Shown here one piece after another: positions 28,901 through 37,215 of a stretch of DNA of 44,914 nt. Made by a program: the position numbers and the translations under genes. The notes under the pieces are model-generated. The model was given only the letters and a program-made list of their open reading frames with translations, was not told the DNA's origin and did not search any database. Every line of letters begins with the position of its first letter. Positions within the stretch are counted from its first letter, which is position 1. Origin of the DNA: a virus; the UHGV virus genome UHGV-0253772, one strand, 5' to 3'.

Positions 28901-28918
28901 TAAGGATTGGATAGACGT

Positions 28919-28940
28919 AAAAAAGCCCCTGTGAGGGGCT
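28919..28940 (-). terminator. rho-independent terminator ending the minus-strand small-gene array
   Basis: minus-strand hairpin AGCCCCUCACAGGGGCU followed by U6. Confidence 0.6.
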
Positions 28941-28980
28941 GTATAAAGGTATCTGGGGCTATTTAGCCCCGTTGCGTCGA

Positions 28981-29229
28981 TTAGTTGTAACCTTGTTTAT
29001 TGTAGTACAGTGAGACAATCAAGTCACCCCAGTAATGATAGTGATGCTCATCGTTTAATGCCTCTTTTACAGCGTCTTTCCAGAAGTCATCAGTAGGGTT
29101 ATAATCTGGGATAACTTGCTTGATAACTGTCTTCACTAATGAAAAGCATTCATCAGTTCCACCGATATCAAATTTAACGTCCAGAGTATAACAGCCATAA
29201 GCATTGACAGTTGCGCGGATAGTTGCCAT
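28981..29229 (-). CDS. hypothetical small protein
   Basis: 82 aa; ATG preceded by the conserved type A cassette with GGAGA RBS. Confidence 0.55.
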   Translation of the reverse strand: MATIRATVNAYGCYTLDVKFDIGGTDECFSLVKTVIKQVIPDYNPTDDFWKDAVKEALNDEHHYHYWGDLIVSLYYNKQGYN

Positions 29230-29303
29230 TTTCAGAATCTCCTAGTTTAAGGACTTTATTTAGTGGGGAAGGTCATTCCCTCCCCGTTGATTAGTAATTT
29301 ACT
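29230..29303 (-). repeat. intergenic cassette repeat, type A (copy 1)
   Basis: conserved gaatctccagtttaggac...tttagtggggaaggtcattccctccccgttgatt core with hairpin. Confidence 0.7.
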
Positions 29304-29562
29304 GCATGTTGGCGTATGTTGCAAGCCTTTTTTCGTTGTATTTTGTCAGAATCTCACAAGATAAAACATCATATTTTGTAACCGCTTTGCCTTTGTCGAG
29401 GTCAAAGAATCCGAACGCTTTACCGTCTTTGAATCCGACAACTTCGTAAGATTCTTTAACGATTTCACCATTGAACAAATCGCTTTCGATGCGGTGAAAC
29501 AGTGCTACGTCTTCTTTGTCAGTTGCAATTTGTAAAAGTGTGGTCAGCTCGACGTGTTCCAT
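29299..29562 (-). CDS. hypothetical small protein
   Basis: 87 aa; start defined by type A cassette. Confidence 0.55.
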   Translation of the reverse strand: MEHVELTTLLQIATDKEDVALFHRIESDLFNGEIVKESYEVVGFKDGKAFGFFDLDKGKAVTKYDVLSCEILTKYNEKRLATYANMQ

Positions 29563-29632
29563 TTCGAATCTCCAGTTTAGGATTTTATTTAGTGGGGAAG
29601 GTCATTCCCTCCCCGTTGATTGACAATTTACA
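29563..29632 (-). repeat. intergenic cassette repeat, type A (copy 2)
   Basis: same conserved core; spans stop of upstream gene to ATG of downstream gene. Confidence 0.7.
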
Positions 29633-30158
29633 GATTTTTGATTGTCTCGTCAATGTCTTTTTCAATATCTTTTAAAGTTTTTTCTAAGTTCTTGATATTG
29701 AACGTTAAACCTTCTCCCAGTGTCTTAGAGTAACCGCTAGGACGTAAATCATAAAGCTCGATTTCTTCCACTAGAGAAAGGTTAACAGCCCAGCCACCTA
29801 TGCCGTAGGCCATTGAAACGGTATTTACAGGGGCTTTATAGAACTTGTTCAAGGACTTGATAGAACGTTCATAAGCCATTTTATAACCATTTAAAAGGTT
29901 TTTAACGTGGTTGTGAACGTTTTTACAATCATCTAAGTAAAGACCTAAAAACATCGGGAGAAGTTCCGCGACAGCTTGCATAAAGTGAGAGACTACAACG
30001 GTGGAAACATTGCGACGATGGACGTAATAAGCCCCGTTTTCTGATTTGGTAATGGTTGCAAAGTGTACACCATTGCAACGAAATTCATAGGTATCTTTAA
30101 CAGGCTTTGACATTACAGCATTTGAACGAATGAAGTTGATAGCTTGAAATTTGTTCAT
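29628..30158 (-). CDS. hypothetical protein
   Basis: 176 aa ORF, start defined by cassette. Confidence 0.55.
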   Translation of the reverse strand: MNKFQAINFIRSNAVMSKPVKDTYEFRCNGVHFATITKSENGAYYVHRRNVSTVVVSHFMQAVAELLPMFLGLYLDDCKNVHNHVKNLLNGYKMAYERSIKSLNKFYKAPVNTVSMAYGIGGWAVNLSLVEEIELYDLRPSGYSKTLGEGLTFNIKNLEKTLKDIEKDIDETIKNL

Positions 30159-30228
30159 TTTAGAATCTCCAGTTTAGGACTTTATTTAGTGGGGAGGTTA
30201 TTGCCTTCCCGTTGATTAGTAATTTACT
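30159..30228 (-). repeat. intergenic cassette repeat, type A variant (copy 3)
   Basis: variant hairpin ggggaggttattgccttccc. Confidence 0.65.
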
Positions 30229-30377
30229 TGTTTTGATAGCTGATTGCAAGCAATTTTTTAAGTTTATCTATAAAGAATCTTTTAAGTGAATCCCTTTTAG
30301 ATAAACCCCCTCGAACAAATGTACTATTGTCAAGGGGTATCGTCAAGTAATTTTTTAAAGTTTTTATAAGTTATTGA

Positions 30378-30719
30378 TTAACTGATGAATATTTTTTCAG
30401 GCTTTACATAGCTGATACGCTGACTTTTTAGCAGGTCATCCCAGATTAGCGCGGCAATATGAGAATAGCCGGATTCACGTAAAAGTTTCATTGTTTTACT
30501 TCTCGTCTCAAAGCGGCTTGCGTAGTATTCACTGTTCAAGGTTGTTTTATTCCCTTCGTTGTCTGTATGGATGATTTGCATCACTTGAAAGGGGCTTACA
30601 TCCTCACCTTTGTTCCACTGCTCAAAGTATTTTAGGCACTGCATAGGTGATATCTTATCACTTACTTGAGTTGACCAAGATGAACCCTCTTTATCAGTAA
30701 TTACAGTTACATAAGCCAT
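30378..30719 (-). CDS. hypothetical protein
   Basis: 113 aa ORF. Confidence 0.55.
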   Translation of the reverse strand: MAYVTVITDKEGSSWSTQVSDKISPMQCLKYFEQWNKGEDVSPFQVMQIIHTDNEGNKTTLNSEYYASRFETRSKTMKLLRESGYSHIAALIWDDLLKSQRISYVKPEKIFIS

Positions 30720-30792
30720 TTTAGAATCTCCAGTTTAGGACTTTATTTAGTGGGGAAGGTCATTCCCTCCCCGTTGATTGACAATTTACAGA
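30720..30792 (-). repeat. intergenic cassette repeat, type A (copy 4)
   Basis: conserved core. Confidence 0.7.
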
Positions 30793-30808
30793 TTTTTATC
30801 AGGCTTGT

Positions 30809-31042
30809 CTAGTCTTTTTCAATGATAATTTCATACTGACCATCTACGCTGTCAAAATAGACACCATCTTCATCTTCTGTCTTAAAGTAGCATTGAATAT
30901 CATCACTGGCGGGATAGTCTTGTCTTGCTATCTGGCAAACTTGAATAGCATTTTCTTTACTCCCTGTAAACTCCTCAAGCCCTTTAAAATCACATGAATG
31001 ACCATTACAAATAGAAAGGATAAGATAAACGGTTGTAAGCAT
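30809..31042 (-). CDS. hypothetical small protein with N-terminal hydrophobic/signal-like segment
   Basis: 77 aa; the only array gene without a cassette immediately upstream. Confidence 0.45.
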   Translation of the reverse strand: MLTTVYLILSICNGHSCDFKGLEEFTGSKENAIQVCQIARQDYPASDDIQCYFKTEDEDGVYFDSVDGQYEIIIEKD

Positions 31043-31105
31043 GATTTAAGCCCTTTAAATGGCCCTGTATGGGCCTTAAGTTGGAAGTTGGTGTCTTTGT
31101 ACTGA

Positions 31106-31669
31106 TTAACCTAAAAAGTCTTTTAAATTGCGCTCTGTGATGTTTGCCGTGATTTTATCCAACAAGTCACAAAACACGGAACTATCACCGCTATTCTGTA
31201 CAATTTTCGCCATACTTAACAAATCATCGTCAACATAGCCTAAATTGCGGTTAGTTGCATCTGGTACAAAGAAAGGTGCATACATCGCACTAAATTTCGT
31301 CGAGTGAAGGCCAATAATCCAACCTTTATCAAAGTGTCCGGTAAAGCTGGCGATATCACTCATGTTGTCACAAGAATAATCATCCTCTAGCTCTTCCTCT
31401 GGGATATCCATCTCAATGACAATTACGTCCTGCGTTTCCATTTGGAAAGCTGCCGTAATAAGCCCAGATTCTAAAGCGTTTTGAATGCAGCGTTCACGAA
31501 TGTAAGAATCTTCCTCATCTTCCAGACATTCCGTTTTGATAATCTTGTTCATTGGGTAAACGTAGAAACAATCATCCATGTATGAGCAGTTCCAGATTCC
31601 TTCCGGCTTGTCGCCACCATTCAGCAGGTTTACAAAGTTTTTGATGGTAGTTCCGTGATAGCATTTCAT
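31106..31669 (-). CDS. hypothetical acidic protein
   Basis: 187 aa, D/E-rich. Confidence 0.55.
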   Translation of the reverse strand: MKCYHGTTIKNFVNLLNGGDKPEGIWNCSYMDDCFYVYPMNKIIKTECLEDEEDSYIRERCIQNALESGLITAAFQMETQDVIVIEMDIPEEELEDDYSCDNMSDIASFTGHFDKGWIIGLHSTKFSAMYAPFFVPDATNRNLGYVDDDLLSMAKIVQNSGDSSVFCDLLDKITANITERNLKDFLG

Positions 31670-31762
31670 TTTTGAATCTCCAGTTTAGGATTTAGTGGTA
31701 AAGCTCTTTATCTGGGGCTTAAGATACCAACTTTTTAAGCCCCTTGTAAAGTACTTTATTAC
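31670..31762 (-). repeat. intergenic cassette repeat, type B (copy 1)
   Basis: shares RBS-proximal core with type A but carries GGGGCTTAAG...CTTAAGCCCC hairpin plus ttgtaaagtactttat. Confidence 0.7.
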
Positions 31763-31960
31763 TTAATTTTTGACAACTTTTAAAACTGCAAGATAACCTA
31801 AGCAATAAGAATCACCGAAGAGAGTTCTACCCATGAAAGAATCCTCTTTGATATCCTTTGCAGTGACAGTTTTTTCTACGCCGTGGGAAAGGACTACATC
31901 ACCAACTTTGATATCTTTGATGTGTGTTGTTTCAATGGTTAAGCCGTTAATAATAGCCAT
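31763..31960 (-). CDS. hypothetical small protein
   Basis: 65 aa ORF. Confidence 0.45.
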   Translation of the reverse strand: MAIINGLTIETTHIKDIKVGDVVLSHGVEKTVTAKDIKEDSFMGRTLFGDSYCLGYLAVLKVVKN

Positions 31961-32030
31961 TTTAGAATCTCCTAGTTTAAGGACTTTATTTAGTAGGGAG
32001 GTTATTGCCTCCCCGTTGATGAGTAATTTA
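31961..32030 (-). repeat. intergenic cassette repeat, type A variant (copy 5)
   Basis: conserved core with variant hairpin. Confidence 0.65.
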
Positions 32031-32060
32031 ATCTATCTAAAAATCAGTGTCAACATCTTT

Positions 32061-32465
32061 TTAAAGTTCTGCGTAGATTGCATCACAGACATCACGGAAA
32101 TCATGATTTGTTAAGTTACGTTGTAACCAAGTGGCAAAGAAATCAGCGATTGCAAAATTAGCGTCATACTCGACGGATAGCCACACTTTAACAGCAAATC
32201 GGAACATCTTTAAATCAAGCTCTTTATTCATTACCTTTGATTTGCCTAACATGTCGGCCATCTCATGTTGTGCACCGTCTAGCGTGATACCGGCTGCAAC
32301 GTCAGCCAATGAGTTTTTTACGCTTTCAACGTCTAAGATAATACTTTGAATCTTCCCAATAATGTTTTGCAGTGTTTCATCTGGTGCTGATGATGTGATA
32401 ACATTAATCCGGTTGACGGTCAAACGTGCTTTTAAGATAGATAACTCACGATTATTAATAGCCAT
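32061..32465 (-). CDS. hypothetical protein
   Basis: 134 aa ORF. Confidence 0.55.
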   Translation of the reverse strand: MAINNRELSILKARLTVNRINVITSSAPDETLQNIIGKIQSIILDVESVKNSLADVAAGITLDGAQHEMADMLGKSKVMNKELDLKMFRFAVKVWLSVEYDANFAIADFFATWLQRNLTNHDFRDVCDAIYAEL

Positions 32466-32553
32466 TTTTGAATCTCCAATTTAGGATTTAGTGGTAAAGC
32501 TCTTTATCTGGGGCTTACTTTATCGAACTATAAGCCCCTTGTAAAGTACTTTA
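32466..32553 (-). repeat. intergenic cassette repeat, type B (copy 2)
   Basis: GGGGCTTA...TAAGCCCC hairpin variant. Confidence 0.7.
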
Positions 32554-32823
32554 TGCTAAATGCAGCTTTTTGCCTTTTACTATGATGTAACTTGATGCGC
32601 TATTGCCGCATACATCTTGATAAATTCTACGCAAACGGCCTTCGTAGTATACTTTCCAGCTAGTTGGAATCTTTTTCCCGTATCCGGTAGCAGTTTTTTG
32701 GAATCCTGCAAGTTGCCAATCCAAAATGTGCTGTTCAGCTTGTAAATCCTCGAAGTGCATTACACCGTTTACATAGTGGCGTAGGGTTACGTTTAAGGTG
32801 CGACCGTTGTTAGTAGTGTACAT
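32551..32823 (-). CDS. hypothetical protein
   Basis: 90 aa ORF. Confidence 0.5.
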   Translation of the reverse strand: MYTTNNGRTLNVTLRHYVNGVMHFEDLQAEQHILDWQLAGFQKTATGYGKKIPTSWKVYYEGRLRRIYQDVCGNSASSYIIVKGKKLHLA

Positions 32824-32897
32824 TTTTGAATCTCCTAGTTTAAGGACTTTACTTAGTGGGGAAGGTCATTCCCTCCCCGTTGATTAGTAATTTACTT
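32824..32897 (-). repeat. intergenic cassette repeat, type A (copy 6)
   Basis: conserved core. Confidence 0.7.
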
Positions 32898-32913
32898 GTT
32901 TTTAAAACTAAAA

Positions 32914-33246
32914 TCAAGAGAAATTTTTTCGTTTGTTCAGTTCTTGGACAATTACAGTGTAATAGTCTTTTAAGTCACTGATATTTAAAGCATTTATCAG
33001 AGAGTTATAATCATCGACAAGCTGAAAATTATCTTTGAAAATGTCGCTGATTTGATAAGTTTTTGATTGAAATCTGAAGCTCATTTCTAACCGTTTTATT
33101 TGTTCATCACTTAAACGCTCCAGAAAGCTCATTACAAGGCTATTATTAACCTGTTGCGTGATTGCCTTACTTGCCAAATTATATGCGCTATAAGCCTTGT
33201 ACAGTGCTATAATGGCAATGATTGCAGTGATACCCATCATTAACAT
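32914..33246 (-). CDS. hypothetical membrane-anchored protein
   Basis: 110 aa, N-terminal TM helix, start overlaps upstream gene end. Confidence 0.5.
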   Translation of the reverse strand: MLMMGITAIIAIIALYKAYSAYNLASKAITQQVNNSLVMSFLERLSDEQIKRLEMSFRFQSKTYQISDIFKDNFQLVDDYNSLINALNISDLKDYYTVIVQELNKRKNFS

Positions 33247-33536
33247 GGTGCTTCCTCTTTACGTGATACTTTGCCATTTAAAGTTATCTCATAAGACTCT
33301 AGTAAATCACTTTCAGACTTAACAGGACTTTTACAAGTATCATCATAAACATTAATTTGCAATACAGGCTTTTTATACTCCCTGCAACTATTCCATAAGC
33401 AAATCACTACACGACGGCCTTTTATTTTGCCGTGTAACCATTCCATAACCTCATGAGTATTTCTTGAGGTCTCGATAAAATCGATTTTGTTGAGTAACTT
33501 GCTTAGATTTTCCCTAACTTTATTTGATAATTTCAT
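33240..33536 (-). CDS. hypothetical protein
   Basis: 98 aa ORF. Confidence 0.5.
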   Translation of the reverse strand: MKLSNKVRENLSKLLNKIDFIETSRNTHEVMEWLHGKIKGRRVVICLWNSCREYKKPVLQINVYDDTCKSPVKSESDLLESYEITLNGKVSRKEEAPC

Positions 33537-33627
33537 TTTTGAATCTCCAGTTTAGGATTTAGTGGTAAAGCTCTTTATCTGGGGCTTAAGATATCAGCTT
33601 TTAAGCCCCTTGTAAAGTACTTTATCA
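33537..33627 (-). repeat. intergenic cassette repeat, type B (copy 3)
   Basis: conserved core with GGGGCTTAAG hairpin. Confidence 0.7.
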
Positions 33628-33882
33628 GATTAAATTGCCAGTTAATGATAAGTGCATTTTATAGCCTTTTTTGGTAAAAACGTTCACTTTACCCAGTGTT
33701 TTTACACCTTTAAAAAGGTTGTTTGAACTGCGTTTTAAAGTTAACTGCTTATCAACCTTCACGCCCCACCTTACAGCAGATTGTTTCCCGTTGTCAATCA
33801 CTTTCCCGCATAACTTTTTAGCCATGTTGCGAGCGTCATCACGAGTCTTTGTAGTAATTACAACGTTTTTGATAATAGCCAT
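33625..33882 (-). CDS. hypothetical basic protein
   Basis: start moved to the ATG at 33882 that follows the cassette RBS; 85 aa. Confidence 0.5.
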   Translation of the reverse strand: MAIIKNVVITTKTRDDARNMAKKLCGKVIDNGKQSAVRWGVKVDKQLTLKRSSNNLFKGVKTLGKVNVFTKKGYKMHLSLTGNLI

Positions 33883-33972
33883 TTTTAAGTTCTCCAATTT
33901 AGGATTGAGTGGTAAAGCTCTTTATCTGGGGCTTACTTTATCGAACTATAAGCCCCTTGTAAAGTACTTTAT
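33883..33972 (-). repeat. intergenic cassette repeat, type B (copy 4)
   Basis: conserved core. Confidence 0.7.
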
Positions 33973-34352
33973 TTGTTAATTTTGAAGATAGTTACATAAC
34001 CATCGCTGCCGATGATTTGTGATGCTCCAGCTTTTTCTACTTGATAGCCCATATTTTCAAGATGATAAACAGCATCATCATAACCATATGCGCCGCCTTG
34101 ATAACGTCTCTTATCACATCTTACTAATACCTTTCCACGTCCAGCAAGTGCATTTAGTACAGCTTTTTCACTTGAAAGTGTACCATCTAACATGGTTGCC
34201 GTGTAATGGTTGATTCTATTCCCGTTTACATCATACTTAAAATTGAATGCGTGAACAACGATAATGTTACCTTTAAAATTTTCATCAAGTGACTTCTCCA
34301 GTGCGTTGCGAAAGTTGTCTTTGTTGATGAATTTAGGTGCACGGTATTTCAT
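33969..34352 (-). CDS. hypothetical protein
   Basis: 127 aa ORF. Confidence 0.55.
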   Translation of the reverse strand: MKYRAPKFINKDNFRNALEKSLDENFKGNIIVVHAFNFKYDVNGNRINHYTATMLDGTLSSEKAVLNALAGRGKVLVRCDKRRYQGGAYGYDDAVYHLENMGYQVEKAGASQIIGSDGYVTIFKINK

Positions 34353-34412
34353 TTTTGAATCTCCAGTTTAGGACTTTATTTAGTGGGGAAGGTTATTCCC
34401 TCCCCGTTGATG
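34353..34412 (-). repeat. intergenic cassette repeat, type A (copy 7, most upstream)
   Basis: conserved core; truncated upstream part. Confidence 0.65.
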
Positions 34413-34599
34413 CAAATACTAGGTAACCACGTTCAAAGAGTCAAGAAAAATTTTAAAAATATTTTTAGCAAAACTGTAATGAAACGGGCGCACACGACTA
34501 CCACAAAACAGAACTATAATCAAGAATTATTTTTCAATCCGCTACAAATTTTTCTGTTGACTTTTATTTCCAGATGTGGTAGCCTTGTGAGAAATGGCG

Positions 34600-34810
34600 A
34601 CATCCCCACCTGCACCCACCTACCTGCACAATTCTAAAATGATTTTTCTTGCCCGACCTGAGCGGGGTCTGCACGTTTTGAAAATGAAAAAGCTCTTTGG
34701 AGATTACCTGCACAGTTTGAAAATGAATTTTCTCTTTGGAGTTCAAAATTTTCTCTACAGATTTCTGTCCAGAACTCTACCTGCACAATCCTGAAATGAA
34801 AAAGCCCTCC
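34600..34810. repeat. four direct repeats CTGCAC(A/G)..(T/C)TGAAAATGA in a 450 bp noncoding stretch
   Basis: copies near 34632, 34668, 34708 and 34775; candidate promoter/operator region upstream of the minus-strand array. Confidence 0.5.
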
Positions 34811-34871
34811 TTACCTGAAAATTTACCAGATAAGAAAGGCTTAACCTATTGTGAATATTCTACAGAGTTTC

Positions 34872-35657
34872 TTAGTTCTTTGCGTCTAAGAAGGTTACTT
34901 CCGGTGAAGAGAAAATTTCCTCAACATCCTCATCAGTTCTTGCATAGATATATGTATCTGCATCACTGCCAAATGTTACTGCAATTCTGTGATTGCTCTT
35001 CGACAGGTGGGTAACTAGAGCGTTACTTAGAGACATCTTTTCAACCGGAGGGTTACTTTGATGTATCTTGCCTTTTCTTCGTCTGAAGAGGGTAACTGTA
35101 TCATCAGTGAACACTACTACACCTGCAAAGTATTCTGGTTCACAGTAGTTCTTCCAACCTGAGCGTAACTTGTGGTACATCTCACCTTCGTAGACATACA
35201 GATACACATCTACATTCTTCATCACCTGATTAATGATAACAGTGACGGCTTGAGGGTCTAGTCCACCGATACCTGCACCAATCATAGGTAACCCAACTTT
35301 CTTCAACTGATTGACTTCACAGTATCTGTTAAGCTGTTTCAAAGATGACTCTAAAGCACTGTATCGGGCATCTTTACCAGTCTTAAGCTGGGTGTAAAGG
35401 TTAGCTATACATCCTTGTCTTAAACGTGCTACAGAGAAATTGCCTAGTAAATTCTCACAGGGCTTGTGGCCTATGCCACCTGCATACAGATAAACTTCTG
35501 TATCAGTCTCGTATGCTTTTGGGTAAAATTTAGAAATCTTGTCAGCGATACCTGCACCCATTAAGTTCATACAGTTGCAACCGTGACCGATGACATCAAA
35601 CTTACCTTTATCAAATGCTGCAAAGATATCACCGTTGATGATTTTTACAATACCCAT
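34872..35657 (-). CDS. macrodomain protein, TARG1/DarG-like, with unassigned C-terminal domain
   Basis: N-terminal motifs INGDIF...FDVIGHGCNCMNLMGAGIA and later KVGLPMIGAGIGGLD resemble the TARG1-type macrodomain signature (recognised from memory, not searched). Confidence 0.55.
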   Translation of the reverse strand: MGIVKIINGDIFAAFDKGKFDVIGHGCNCMNLMGAGIADKISKFYPKAYETDTEVYLYAGGIGHKPCENLLGNFSVARLRQGCIANLYTQLKTGKDARYSALESSLKQLNRYCEVNQLKKVGLPMIGAGIGGLDPQAVTVIINQVMKNVDVYLYVYEGEMYHKLRSGWKNYCEPEYFAGVVVFTDDTVTLFRRRKGKIHQSNPPVEKMSLSNALVTHLSKSNHRIAVTFGSDADTYIYARTDEDVEEIFSSPEVTFLDAKN

Positions 35658-35858
35658 TTAACATCTCTCCCAAGTTTCTTTATCTTCTGAAGGTTTTACA
35701 CGTTGCCCTTCGTGGTCTACCCAGATACATCCACAACCTTCACAGATTACTGGCATTGCATAGCCAGCTTTAAAGTCGTCTTCAGTGATAAGACCTTTTA
35801 AGTCACCTGTATCACGTCCAAACATTTCAATAGAACAATCTTTGCAGAAATCAGCCAT
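35658..35858 (-). CDS. small Cys-rich (zinc-ribbon-like) protein
   Basis: ATG at 35858 with AAGAGG upstream; CKDC ... CEGCGC. Confidence 0.45.
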   Translation of the reverse strand: MADFCKDCSIEMFGRDTGDLKGLITEDDFKAGYAMPVICEGCGCIWVDHEGQRVKPSEDKETWERC

Positions 35859-36078
35859 GAATAATTGCCTCTTGAATGATGATACCTTTACCACAACGAC
35901 TTTTAAAGTGTTCTAATGGTTCAGAGATGAAGCCACGTAAACAGTCAGTGAATACTAAGTTCTTCCGGTAAGCTATCACATCATTTGCTGTAAATGGTAT
36001 GACCTCATTTCGTCCAATGAACACCGCTGACCTGATAAGTCTCCGTGTCTTTTTATCTCTGGCTAGTATTACTTTCAT
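35851..36078 (-). CDS. hypothetical protein
   Basis: 75 aa ORF in operon. Confidence 0.45.
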   Translation of the reverse strand: MKVILARDKKTRRLIRSAVFIGRNEVIPFTANDVIAYRKNLVFTDCLRGFISEPLEHFKSRCGKGIIIQEAIIHG

Positions 36079-36379
36079 AGTTTACCTTCTCAGTTAGCTC
36101 ATACAAATCAACATGTTCAATGCTATCAATGTTGATACCAATCTTTTTGAAGCGTTCTATCACTTCGTTGTCAGTCATCCATATCAGACACCAATGATTG
36201 TGGATGGATTCTTCAAGGAGGTCAACACAATCTTTAAAAGTTTTTGTATCACTTCTTGTTCCGACTACTGCGATTGTTCCATATAGCCACTTACCATTGC
36301 CATAAGATACTTGTGCTACGCCAACTTCTTTATCTTTCTCATAGTAAACGGCTACAAAGTCTCTTCCATTAATCTGCAT
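36053..36379 (-). CDS. hypothetical protein
   Basis: ATG at 36379 with AGAGGA upstream (108 aa). Confidence 0.5.
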   Translation of the reverse strand: MQINGRDFVAVYYEKDKEVGVAQVSYGNGKWLYGTIAVVGTRSDTKTFKDCVDLLEESIHNHWCLIWMTDNEVIERFKKIGINIDSIEHVDLYELTEKVNYESNTSQR

Positions 36380-36683
36380 TTGTAAGTTCCTCTGTTGGTA
36401 ACTCACCATTTTCAGCAAAGTATTGAAGGTACGGCAACAACTCTTTTACCTGTTCTTGATTGAGCTTCATTCTTTGATTACCTACAAAATCTTTACCTAC
36501 TAATGCTGGGATATCAAGTGTTTTCCAGCCATTATCTAGGTACTGAACAGAGACCTCTTTAGCACCTAACCATATACATGGTTCATATGATGAACTCTCT
36601 TGTAAAGTACAAATTTCCCCTTTAGCATCTTTAAATTCTGCATAAGAAAATCCACGATTTGTTGGCTGGAATTGCATAATCAT
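36369..36683 (-). CDS. hypothetical protein
   Basis: 104 aa ORF. Confidence 0.5.
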   Translation of the reverse strand: MIMQFQPTNRGFSYAEFKDAKGEICTLQESSSYEPCIWLGAKEVSVQYLDNGWKTLDIPALVGKDFVGNQRMKLNQEQVKELLPYLQYFAENGELPTEELTNAD

Positions 36684-36949
36684 TTCCTCGTTTTAAGAAC
36701 TGCTAAGATTTCTTTAGAATCTGGTAAGAACCATGTGTAGTGATTCTCTTTGATTTCTGGATGAGTGTCAACCTTTATTTTGCAATCTTTACCAACATGC
36801 TTAAGCTGTGCTGTGACACCTTGCATAAAAATATGACACATCACATTATCCATAATGGTAGGTATGAAGTCAATTCGCATATAAGTTTCTTTTGGTCGTG
36901 GTAACAGTAAGTATCCTTCTACGTAAAAAGTATCTTCATTCTCTGTCAT
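36680..36949 (-). CDS. hypothetical protein
   Basis: 89 aa ORF, coupled to upstream stop. Confidence 0.5.
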   Translation of the reverse strand: MTENEDTFYVEGYLLLPRPKETYMRIDFIPTIMDNVMCHIFMQGVTAQLKHVGKDCKIKVDTHPEIKENHYTWFLPDSKEILAVLKTRK

Positions 36950-37215
36950 TGCTGTTTATTTCCTAATAAAATCATATCAATAAGGTTATTAGCTTTGATT
37001 GTACACTGGTAGAATTCATCACGATAAAACTCAAGGGCTGCTGCCACATCACTACCGGTATTACCTTTGATAGTGAATCTTGAATCTTCTTGAGTGTACT
37101 TGTCACTCTCACTTACTTGGGAGTTTTTGAATGTACTGCTCACTTTGTTCGTTGAACACCCTGACATAATTATCAGTAACACAAACATTATAAAACTCTG
37201 GCTTAGTTTTTTCAT
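36946..37215 (-). CDS. putative o-spanin (outer-membrane lipoprotein, Rz1-like)
   Basis: signal peptide ending in lipobox-like IMSGC; starts inside the 3' part of the i-spanin gene in another frame; AAGAGGT RBS. Confidence 0.5.
   Translation of the reverse strand: MKKLSQSFIMFVLLIIMSGCSTNKVSSTFKNSQVSESDKYTQEDSRFTIKGNTGSDVAAALEFYRDEFYQCTIKANNLIDMILLGNKQQ

Noticed and set aside
29230-34412. CRISPR array or integron attC sites as explanations for the 11 intergenic cassette repeats
   Set aside because: The units between repeats are 200-560 bp protein-coding genes with RBS and ATG embedded in each repeat. Primary sequence rather than only structure is conserved, and the repeat lies at the 5' end of each gene, unlike attC.
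34383-35014. Plus-strand ORFs 34383-34637, 34594-34794 and 34736-35014
   Set aside because: Their translations simply mirror the direct DNA repeats (LHxLKMxxLFG twice) and they lack RBS; treated as noncoding regulatory sequence.
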